A program made the translations under genes and the position numbers. The notes beneath the pieces were generated by a model. It worked only from the letters and a program-made list of their open reading frames with translations. It was not told the DNA's origin and did no database searches. From positions 236,995,198-237,059,197 of the forward strand of contig NC_133622.1 of NCBI RefSeq assembly GCF_048593235.1: 64,000 bases of DNA. Reading direction: 5' to 3'. Source of the stretch: Sminthopsis crassicaudata. Its lineage: Eukaryota. Below are positions 1 to 9,049 of the stretch, one piece after another; positions within the stretch are counted from its first letter, which is position 1, and each line of letters begins with the position of its first letter.

Positions 1-800
1 TTGGCTTATGAAATTTTAACTCCTAGTGACTGGAAATCTATAACAAGGGTATGCTTAGAACCTGAACAAAACTTGTTGTGGCTCTCTGAATATAGTGAGC
101 TCTGTAGGATACAAGTCCAATGAAAAAGTCAAAATGGAGTTAATGCTCAAGTCATATGTGACCAACTAACTGGTGTAGGTTAGTATGAGACATTTCAGTA
201 CACATTAATTATCCTATAGCAGCATATGAGCAAATTGCTGCTATCAAAGCATGGGGTTTTATCCCAGGTCAACAGGACAAAGGAGAGGCCTTCATGAAAC
301 TAGCACAAGGGCCAAATGAACCCTTTGCTGATTTTGTGGGATGTTTACAGACAGCGTTCATGCAAACTATTGGTGAAAATGTAGCAACAGAAATTCTGAT
401 AAGGCAATTTGCTAAAGAAAATGCTAATAAAGTTTGTAAAAAAATTATACTAGGACTATACAAGGATGCTCCTTTAGAGGAGATCATAAGATGCTGTGCC
501 ACAGTGGGCAAAGATACCTTTTATAGACAGCCTATGATGCAGACTTCTCAAGCTCTGAACATGGAAATACAGGGTCCCTTTCTGCAAGGGATTTCCAGAG
601 AGACTCGTCAATGCTTTCAATGTGGCAAAGTAGGGCACCTGAAAACTCAATGTTGGTATAGAAACAGAGTTAGAAAACAGGGTGGGAGAACAAGACCCAA
701 TACCCCATGACCAAAATGCAACAGAGGTTTTCATTGGGCATCAGAAAGTAGACTGATTCAGGGAAATGGGATGAGGGGCCCAGCCCCACGGCCCAAAATA
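1..800 (+). pseudogene. gag: ERV gag remnant (capsid and nucleocapsid)
   Basis: Major homology region QGPNEPFADFVGCL. Zinc knuckle CFQCGKVGHLKTQC and a second knuckle (*)PKCNRGFHWASES. In-frame stops (e.g. TGA at 121). Slippery-site-like GGGAAAT at 761-767. Confidence 0.9.
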
Positions 801-1500
801 AAAAAAAATTGGGGAATGATGGCAGCCAATGCTATACCCAAAGCTTTTAGAAGTTCAATACCCAGAAATGACCAATCAGGCAGGAGGCAATCTGATGGGA
901 GAAAAGGATTACAATTAGGGGGAATAGAATTGTATACAGCTGGGACAACTGAGATAACCCTTGGGGAGGTGAAATCTGTTCCTCTCCAGCCTATGGATCC
1001 CTTGCCTCTAGGCCCAGTAGGCTTGACCATTTCACCTCCTGATAGTACTTACAAAACAGTGTTCATCCATACACTGATGTGTAGGAGAAATAGTAGCATC
1101 AGGTTTACAGATAGACTCCTAATAGGCAATCTGGTTATAGTTGGCCAGATTCTGACTCCAGCAAAATCCATGAATATACTAGACAGCAGCTGTGACAGCT
1201 GACTGTCCTATGGTCACTAACTATATAAATGGCATACCATTAGAAGGATTGGTAGGCACAGGTGCAGATCATACAGTCATTAGAGGTGTCAACTGGCCCA
1301 GTCACTGGCCAAAGATTAAAGCAGACATCTTTATGTCTGATGTAGGAGGAACAATAGCAGCTGAAGTTAGTGCTCTCCTTTAAGATGGACATTTGAAGTC
1401 GAAACAGGGGTTTTACTCCTTTTATAGTTGAAAAAATCCCCATCAATCTGTTGGGGAAGAGACATTTTACAACAATTAGGATTATAAATGAGTACTTCCA
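760..1500 (+). pseudogene. pro: ERV pro remnant: degenerate dUTPase-like domain plus aspartic protease
   Basis: GIELYTAGTTEITLGEVKSVPLQPMDPLPLGPVG is dUTPase-like. GLVGTGADHTVI is the protease active site with D changed to G. INLLGRDILQQLG is the protease C-terminus. TTTTTTA at 1501-1507 is a likely pro-pol frameshift site. Confidence 0.85.
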
Positions 1501-3612
1501 TTTTTTAGTTAGGGCAATTGTTGAAGGCCTGCCAACACCAATCATCCAATGGAAAACTGATACACCAGTGTGGATAGAACAGTGGCCCTTAGCTAGCAAT
1601 AAAATTCAGGCCTTATTAGATAAAGTGCAAGAGCAACTTGACCAAGGACACTTACAACTTTCTCTAAGTCCTTGGAATTACCCTGTATTTGTTGTCAGAA
1701 AGAAACTGGAAAATGGAGGATGTTGACTGATTTAAGAAAGGTAAATGAACAGATGGAAACTATGTGAACTCTTTAGCCTGGACTTCCATCTCCTACTCAA
1801 TTGCTCAGAGAATGGCCTCTTTGGGTTATTAAGGATTGTTTCTATTCTATTCCTCTAGATAAGGAGGATATGAAAAGATTTGCCTTTTCAGGGCCCAGCA
1901 TTAACTTAGCTGAGTCTTATAAAAGATATGAATGGACAGTTTTGCTACAGGGAATGAAAAACAGCTCTACTATGTGCCAAATGTATGTTGCTGCTACTCT
2001 TACTCCAGTAAGAAAACCATTTCCAAAAGTAATGTTATTACATTACATGGATGATATATTGGGATGTGCACCTGCAGAAGAAATGTAAGAATTATGTCTG
2101 CAAAAGACCATGGAAACACTAAGGAATTATAAATTGCACATAGCTCCAGAAAAAATTCAAAGACATGCTCCTTTTCAATATTTAGAATATGAAGTACACC
2201 CTAAGGTGTTTACAGTACAAAAACTCTCCTTAAGAACAGAGAAGCTAAATACCTTAAATAACTTTCAGAAATTGATAGGAGATATCCAATGGATGTGTCC
2301 AGTGTTAGGCTTGACTACCTATCAATTGCAATCATTATATGACATTTTAAGGGGAGACACTGCTTTAAACTTACCATGCCAGCTTAGAAAAGAAGCTTAA
2401 GAGTCTTTGAGAGAAGTTGAATTGGCTTTATCCAATTGGTTGAAAGAGTCACTCAGAAACCCTTGTGTAGCAAAAACTGATATTACCAAGAGGCACCCAC
2501 ATTAGTCCTTCATCAAGGAGACATTGTGATAGAGTGGGTGAACCTCCCAGCACAACCAGAACAAAGTCTTATTCCTTACCCAGTGCTTGTGGCTAGAATT
2601 TTATTAAAGGCCATTAAGTGAGCAGTACAATTATCTGGGTACATGTACAATTATCTGGGTACAGTACAATGATCTGACAAGATATACACATTTTATACTA
2701 ATGCACAAGTTAATGTGTGCTGTGAAACCATCCTAAAGTGGCAAATTTTATTAGCCATGGCTCCAAATTTTACACAGGGGTCTCCATTAAAGATAACCAG
2801 ACTGTTATATAATTGGTGATGGATTCTTGAAGATAATGTTTCTAAAGTTCCTCTTAAAGGACTTAACTATCTTTACAGATGCATCCAAACATAATATTTG
2901 CGCTGTATACTCTTGTTACTTAACTATAAAGAGAGTAGTCAGAACTCCTTTTCAGTCCACTCAGCAGAATGAATTGTATGCAATCATTCTAGCTTTTACT
3001 TATTATCCAGGAGATATAAATATAATATCTGATTCGGCCTATTCAGTAGGTGTGGTACAAAGAATTGCCACAGCCCAAATAAAATTTGTAGCCTCTAATA
3101 TATATCAGCTCTTTAAGGAACTTCAAGAGCAAGTGAGAAAGCATCCAGGTAAGATTTATACCTTGCATGTCCACTCTCATAGTGGACTTCCAGTCCTATT
3201 TTTAATGATAATTCAAAGGCAGATAGCCTTCTAACTATGTTGGCCAATATTCCTTTATTTCAGGATTCCCAAGAATCTCATTCTAAATATCATCAGACTG
3301 CTTGAGCTTCATGTTTACAATTTGGGATAACAAGAGAGGAAGCTAAGCCTGTACAGCTTGCCTTCCTTTCCACACTCCTATGCTACCTCCAGGGAAGAAT
3401 TCTCATTGTTCGAGACCCAATGAAATTTGGCAAATAGATGTGACCCATTATAAATCTTTTTGTCATCTGTCTTTTATCCACGTTGTGTTAGTCACCTTTT
3501 CAGGATTCACTTTTTCAATACAAGCAGCAAAAGAGACAGCCCGAGTGGTCACTGAATTCCTTATACAAGCATTTGCAATTATGGGTGTGCCCCAAACAAT
3601 AAAAACAGATAA
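1490..3612 (+). pseudogene. pol: ERV pol remnant (RT, RNase H, N-terminal half of integrase)
   Basis: [36 protein letters not shown]...STQQNEL...ISDSAY (RNase H), WQIDVTH and IKTDN (integrase). Multiple stops and frameshifts. Confidence 0.93.
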
Positions 3613-3707
3613 TTTACCAAGGACTTGTACTTATCCTAACTCTGTCTCTTCCTAAGGGCTCTAGGGAGCTAGTCCGGACTTAACATATAATGTCTTCTAT
3701 TATTTTA

Positions 3708-4052
3708 TGTAAAGGGCTAGAACTGAGCAATGCACTTGGATAATGAAGCAAGTGAGACTAATTGCCAATTGGACAGTTCCCTATTAACTTGTTTGAAGGT
3801 TAACCCTCCCCAGCTGTTCTGTGCTCACTTGATTGGTGGGACAAAGAGGGGGAAGTGACATGTGTTGGAGGAGTAGGAGGAGGAAGAGGAATTGAGACTC
3901 AGAAGCTGAGTCAGTCTCTCTGGACGTTTGAGGGAGGAAGGTGTGTGTGAGGTTGCTAGGCCTAAGCCCCTGACCTTGACCGTAAAAGATCAAGAATAAA
4001 GACATTTAGTGATCCTGACTCCAGCTGATTTCTGGGAAGACAGTTCCAGTAT
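3708..4052 (+). mobile_element. LTR (family A) with downstream tRNA-Lys-like primer binding site
   Basis: Starts TGTAAAGGG. AATAAA at 3995-4000. Followed by TGGCACCAATGTGGGG (4055-4070), which resembles a CpG-decayed tRNA-Lys1,2 PBS (TGGCGCCCAACGTGGGGC). Confidence 0.75.
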
Positions 4053-4077
4053 TTTGGCACCAATGTGGGGTGCCATT

Positions 4078-4635
4078 TGTAACATGCCCTCCTGGCAGTT
4101 ACAATTACTAGTCTACCCTATGCCAACAGAGTACCTTTGAGCACTGACCTTTGCAGTGTCAACTCTACCTGGCTTGCCTCCTCTGAGGCCTTTAAAGGTC
4201 TCTGGCCACAATTTCTTGAATCTATAGTTTAATAACTGGTAGTGTGCTCAAGAACAGCCACGTGTAATCTTAAAGGCCTTTATTATACCTACTCACATAA
4301 TGGCCTGACTTGCCAGCTCCCTAGTGAACACCTGGTCTGAAGGGCCATGTGTTCACTACCAGACTTCTTACCTCTCTTGGCTATCCATCAGCTTGGCCTG
4401 GCCACACAGGTTAGGAAGCCAGATTAAAGAGAGCGACTGCTGTCTGCAGTGGCCTCATAAAGGGCCTGTGAGATCACACACACAGCCAACCAGAGAGAGA
4501 GCCGTCACCCATTATGAAGCTATCTCAATATGGCCAACATCCCACCCACAGGGCAATCTTATATCCACAGAGAATACTTCTGGACCCCTCAAATCTCCTG
4601 TTTCACTATGTCCACCCATTTAAAGGGCCCTTACA
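4078..4635 (-). mobile_element. Second LTR (family B) in the opposite orientation, preceded by a polypurine tract
   Basis: The minus strand reads TGTAAGGGCCC...GTTACA, with AATAAA at 4284-4279. A PPT-like AAAACAAGAGAAGGGAAT lies at 4653-4636. Confidence 0.65.
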
Positions 4636-4673
4636 ATTCCCTTCTCTTGTTTTGCAGGAACCGCATCCTTACA

Positions 4674-4830
4674 ATTTTATATGATTTCTTGAAATGAAAA
4701 TTTATTGTTACATATTTTAAATCACCTTTGATATTGTGCTAGGCACATGAAATTGTTGTGTGTTTTTTCTTTTTTTCTGGATGTCTATATTTTTATTATT
4801 TTTATTTAATTTTAAATAAATATTTAAAAA
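4674..4830 (+). mobile_element. 3' end of the old L1/HAL1-like element into which the ERV inserted
   Basis: Homologous to the uninterrupted 3' ends at ~30020-30178, 41800-41952 and 53310-53460. It ends in an A-rich AAATAAATATTTAAAAA. Confidence 0.6.
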
Positions 4831-5039
4831 GGAGCAGGGGGAAATATCTTCTCAGGTTTCTGATTTGTGAATAGTCTTGGTGATTATTTCATAAAACTTT
4901 TTTCAATTGTTTAGATACTATACTTTTTATTTACAAATTTATGTCATGTTGCACTCCTGGTTCTACTTACTTTACTTTCCAATAACTTCACCTATGTCTT
5001 CCCATTTTTCTGTGCATTTATTCTATTCATGACTTTTTT

Positions 5040-5320
5040 ACATTATAGTAATCTGCATAATATTTAAATATCCCATTTATTTTGTTTAATACGTATTCCA
5101 TATTTACTTCATTACATTTACATGCCATGCTTTTAAAAAGACCTTTTCAAGTAGATGGGAACTGACTTTGTTTCCATTCTTTGCTTCAATCAGAAATATT
5201 GTTATAAATATTCTGATGTATGTCAGGCTTCTTTGAACATTGGTCTCATTGGGGTATATGCCTAAGAGTAGGGTATTCAATTTTATATGGGAAGGGGTAG
5301 TATTATTTTTCATTTGTCCC
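5040..5320 (-). mobile_element. Old L1 ORF2 C-terminal fragment. Homologs at ~20035-20230, 30330-30660, 42130-42440 and 53610-53940.
   Basis: The minus-strand translation LLLGIYPNE...IFITIFLIEAKN matches the L1 ORF2 C-terminal pattern LLGIYPKE...IFIAALFVVAKN. Confidence 0.75.
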
Positions 5321-5602
5321 TTTCTTTATAATCTTTCACTTTATGCAAGGAGAATTGGAGTTATGGGATTATGGTTATTATATTTATATGTTTTATGACA
5401 AACTCGATTTTTTGTTTTGGTAAGAATTTTACCTCTTTCCATTGTTGTGAATCATCAATTCTCCTCTTATCCTGCTGTATTATGATGATGTGAGCTTTGA
5501 CATTTAGGTTACTTATCCATTTTGAGCAAATTTTGTGACATAGTTTGATTGTTAATCTTACCCTAATTTATGCCCATTTTTTTCCCCTTTCCCTAACATT
5601 TC

Positions 5603-6535
5603 TCAACTGGAGCGTCCTTTCTGAGAGGAGTTCTTTAAACATAAGAGAGAAGGAAAAGACCTGGGCTTCTGAGTGTCAGTGGTGATCAGCACAATAGGGC
5701 TGATTATTGGATAAAACATGGAAAGTGAAACTGTGAAATCTAATGCCCAGTGTTTGATTTCTGCTGCAGAAGCTATGTAAATAACAAAAGGAGAACTGAC
5801 TGAATTAAAGCAAACAAATGTGACCACCAGCATCAGGACCGCTTTGGTGGCTCTAGTCTCAGGGGATGCTCTGAGAGAGGAGTTGATGCTGTGAATGTGT
5901 TGGACCCTCTTGATGTGTCTGTGCAAGATAAATACCATATATCCACTTGAGCCAACCATGAGACCCACAAACAGAATATGAATAACTGACTGACAAATTA
6001 AAATTTTTATAATATTCATGGCTTGCAAATCAAAAGAAATATGTCCAATCCTCCACCTTTCATTACTTCTGTTTCTTGGACTACTATAATTCATAGGTGC
6101 AGCAATATCAAGAAGGAGATTGAAAATCCAGCTGAGCATACAGCAGGAAGGAATACACTTTTGGGTTCTAGTTTTAAGTTGTGCCCACTTAAGACTGCTG
6201 GGGCTGATAGTGATGGCCTGGACGACACTCAGGAGGCAAGTGCTGCAAAGAGAAAGCCCCCGGGTCACTCTCATGACATAAAGTAAGATTTTACCCAGTA
6301 TTTCATCTTGGAAAGATAACCATTTCCAATTGGTTGTAATTGTAGAGAAGCCCCTACAAAGAATCATTAAGACATGGGCAAAGGCCATATTTATGATGAT
6401 CAGGCTGATGAGTCTTTTCCTGTGGGCAGTGATGAACTTGTGAATGTGTAGATAAAGAAGGGACATGTTCCCCAGAACTCCAAAGAAAAACATGGTCAAG
6501 TAGACAATGACCAAGCTATCTTTATGAGAGCCCAT
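5603..6535 (-). CDS. Vomeronasal type-1 receptor (V1R), copy 1. 310 aa from the preferred Met; the ORF extends upstream to 6604 (333 aa).
   Basis: Seven hydrophobic segments. V1R motifs GVLGNMSLL, RVTRGLSLCSTCLLSVVQAITISP, LHRHIKRVQHIHS and SPETRATKAVLMLV. ECL2 sequons NYS and NRS. Open frame ending in TGA. Confidence 0.95.
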   Translation of the reverse strand: MGSHKDSLVIVYLTMFFFGVLGNMSLLYLHIHKFITAHRKRLISLIIINMAFAHVLMILCRGFSTITTNWKWLSFQDEILGKILLYVMRVTRGLSLCSTCLLSVVQAITISPSSLKWAQLKTRTQKCIPSCCMLSWIFNLLLDIAAPMNYSSPRNRSNERWRIGHISFDLQAMNIIKILICQSVIHILFVGLMVGSSGYMVFILHRHIKRVQHIHSINSSLRASPETRATKAVLMLVVTFVCFNSVSSPFVIYIASAAEIKHWALDFTVSLSMFYPIISPIVLITTDTQKPRSFPSLLCLKNSSQKGRSS

Positions 6536-6582
6536 TCCTTGAGGGATTCCTTGGAGAACTTTGCTGTCAGCTCCAAAGTGAC

Positions 6583-6615
6583 CTGGGGAGAAATGAAGGA
6601 GCATGTGACTTTTCC
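6583..6615 (-). promoter_or_regulatory. 3' splice acceptor of the V1R coding exon. Homologs at 21534, 31924, 43702 and 55205.
   Basis: The minus strand reads ...CATGCTCCTTCATTTCTCCCCAG|GTCAC, a polypyrimidine tract plus CAG. The exon starts at 6582, 47 nt before an ATG in good context (GGAATGG). Confidence 0.65.
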
Positions 6616-6687
6616 AGTATGAGGAATTCCCAATTCTACAACCTACACCGAAATGCTAGTGGAGTGTTCAAATTCAGGCCCTTAAAT

Positions 6688-6728
6688 GGTGTGTGAGTGT
6701 GTGTGTGTGTGTGTGTGTCTGTGTCTGT
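6688..6728. repeat. (TG)n microsatellite in the V1R upstream intron
   Basis: Direct reading of the sequence. Homologous, variable tracts at 22146-22192, 32608-32678, 44385-44480 and 55888-55983. Confidence 0.9.
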
Positions 6729-7702
6729 TCTAGATGGATGCACTCAGGTAGGAATTAAAGATTCCCTTGGAGAGAGAGTTGGGCAAGATTACTTAAATGT
6801 CTATCTGTATCTCCCCTCTAAACATTCTACAATGCTTTCCACAAGTCATGTGAAAATACCCATTTTCTATACTTAATGGATATGTTATATATATGTAGTT
6901 CAAGATATTTAAAATATGTACAGATAATGAAAGGAGTTAGCACTGAGGAATTTCATAATCCTCATTTTTATCTGAACTGATAAAAGAATTTATCATTTTC
7001 ATACAATCTTTTTCACACACAGATACACACAAAGCATGGTTAAGAATACATTAAATTCAACAGTTTAAACCTACAAAATCACTAGTTTTGGGGGAAAGGA
7101 GAGGAAGGCACAAATAGGAAGGCAGAGTTTGAGAGAGTTTTGTAAATGAAATAGTTTATTTTAGGAAGCAGGGGACTCTTACAGCTGGATTGAAAGAAAG
7201 AAAAGAAAGACTGAAACAATATGATTAGTGGTGATGGGGCAGTGAAGCAGAAAAGATTGTATCATTCATATTTTGTTGTTGTTCGCCTAAGTGTTCTTTA
7301 ACTCCTTCTTTGTAAAGAGGAAAATAAGAGCAAAAACTCCGAAAAAACCTAAGAGGTACAACATAGCAGGATGAAGGGAAATACAATATTTACAATCATT
7401 AGAAGGAAAAGAAATGGAACATACCACCCACTGAATGGTAGAGCACAGAAGAAGATACTGCAAAGCTGATTTCCACAATAAGCTTGAAAAAATTATTTTG
7501 TTACATAAAGATTCATGTGGAGGTAAAATCAATCATACTTCAAATAAACTTTAAAAAGCATGCTTTTAGAGAAAGCAATGGTAAAAAATCAACATGATAG
7601 AAGGATATAAGCATGGGAAAACATGTTCAATGGTGACAATGAAAAATCTCTTGAAAACATGTCATATTAAATATATATGATATGCATTATATATATTCTT
7701 AC

Positions 7703-7823
7703 CTGCATAAACATTTAATAGGACCCCAAATCAGTACATATATATGTATATATATGTATATATATGTACACATATATAAATAGAATATACATCAAAATAT
7801 ATATAAGTAGATGTTTTTGCTTT
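7703..7823 (-). other. Candidate non-coding 5' exon of V1R-1
   Basis: On the minus strand, a CTAAC branch point, pyrimidine tract and CCTAG| acceptor lie at 7824-7855, and a CAG|GTAAGA donor lies at 7703/7702. Homologs at 23205-23292, 33627-33699, 45432-45544 and 56935-57003. Confidence 0.4.
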
Positions 7824-8274
7824 CTAGGTTTGGAAAGGGGATGGCATCTGTTAGGTAGAGGTATTTGGTCACTCTAAATCCAATCCCCAGTTATGAGATT
7901 TTGGGTAAGGTAGTTATTTTTTTATAGGAAACCCCAAGATGTTGGTCAATGACTGATTTGAATCAGGAGAGGGACTTTCTGCACTCAGAGCTTCCTGATC
8001 CCCTGAAATCACAGGCTTAGATGAACAAAACTAGGAATTCAACACCCCTTATTTCTGTCAACCAAATGACTAGAAGTGTGGTCTCTATGCTCTGAATTTC
8101 AACATGTGGGAATTACTCCAGCTGCCATGTGTTTGTTACACTCCTGTTATCAAAGTATGATTTTTTTGGGCAGACTTCTATATGTTCCATTTTTCCAGAT
8201 GACTTCCCTAGAGGAAATGCAATGGTGGGAATGTTGGACTTGGTTTCAGGAAGCTCTGAGTTCACATGTAGCTC

Positions 8275-9005
8275 CTGAGACTTAGTGGTGTGACCCGCAG
8301 AACATCAGCTAACCTCTGCCTTTCTAGCTTTCACGATTTATAAAATGAGTACAATAATAGCACTATGCTTTGAAGACCAAATGAGAACATCTATAAAGTA
8401 CATAGCACAGTGCCTGGCATAAAGTTGACATTTAATAAATACTTCCTACTCTGCTTTTCTTCCTTGAAAAGTTGTGCTACTCAAGTGGGTTAAGAATTGG
8501 AAAAAATATCCTGTCCTGCATTATCTACCTCTAGGGATGCTGTTTGGATCAAGTGAGATAGCCTATGCTTTGTAAACCTTAAAGTGCTCTAAAAATGTTG
8601 TTTATGATCATTCCTCTGATTATTGATGTCTCCTAGGCCATCTGACCTTGTTTCTTGCTCTCAACTTTAGCTCTTGGCATACTGAGATTGCTGAAAAAGG
8701 AAATGACACAAAAGAAAAATGAACTCCCATTACTAAGGTAAGATTAGGTGTCACTGCATATTTGGGCAAGTAAGTGGTATGGTGATTAAGGGATTAGTTC
8801 TGGAGGCAGGAAGACAAATTCTATTATTTCCTCAGACAAAGAATAGCTTTTTAACCCTGTAAAAGTAACTTAAATAAGATCATCTTTAGTTTTCTCATCC
8901 ATAAAATGGGAATATGACCCAAAATATTCTGACTATCAAATGAGATGATAGTGAACACATAGTAATAAAGTCTTTCCCATGGTGCTTGGGATATAGTTGA
9001 CATCC
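8275..9005 (+). mobile_element. Cluster of old MIR/L2-type fragments. Homologs at ~23450-24080, 34165-34960, 46005-46800 and 57465-58270.
   Basis: MIR-like strings: TGCTTTGTAAACCTTAAAGTGCTCTA, GGAGGCAGGAAGAC...CCCTG...AAGTAACTTAA...TTTTCTCATCCATAAAATGGG, and AGCACAGTGCCTGGCA. Confidence 0.6.
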
Positions 9006-9049
9006 CCTTAGTCCTCCCTGCCTTCATTTTTCTTACTTCCTCCCTCCCT

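Larger units (their letters stand above)
1..3685 (+). mobile_element. Decayed betaretrovirus-like (class II) endogenous retrovirus, copy 1. It is cut by the window edge at the 5' side and internally deleted from mid-integrase to the end of the 3' LTR.
   Basis: Gag, pro and pol motifs occur in order. The element ends ...GGACTTAACA at 3685 and is followed by host TATAATGTCTTC. It is colinear with 14750-18366 and 19535-19608. Confidence 0.95.

Noticed and set aside
4055-4071. tRNA gene
   Set aside because: This is only a PBS-length complement of a tRNA 3' end. No cloverleaf was seen here or in the SINE heads.
3784-4623. ORFs at 3784-4005 and 4324-4623
   Set aside because: They lie within LTR sequence with no retroviral protein similarity visible.
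5104-5313. Recurrent MKNNT(T/A)PSHIKL ORFs
   Set aside because: Decayed L1 ORF2 C-terminal fragments copied with the unit.
6023-6286. Plus-strand 81-87 aa ORFs inside each V1R (also 31364, 43142, 54663)
   Set aside because: These are antisense shadow frames of the conserved V1R CDS with no independent coding features.
5603-6535. Assignment as TAS2R or olfactory receptor
   Set aside because: The RGLSLCSTCLLSVxQAITISP and HxxRVQHIHS...SPETRAT motifs are V1R-type. OR motifs (MAYDRY, PMLNP) are absent.
6536-6604. 23-aa N-terminal extension of the V1R ORFs as real protein
   Set aside because: It overlaps a clear splice acceptor and the first ATG has poor context. It is kept only as an alternative.
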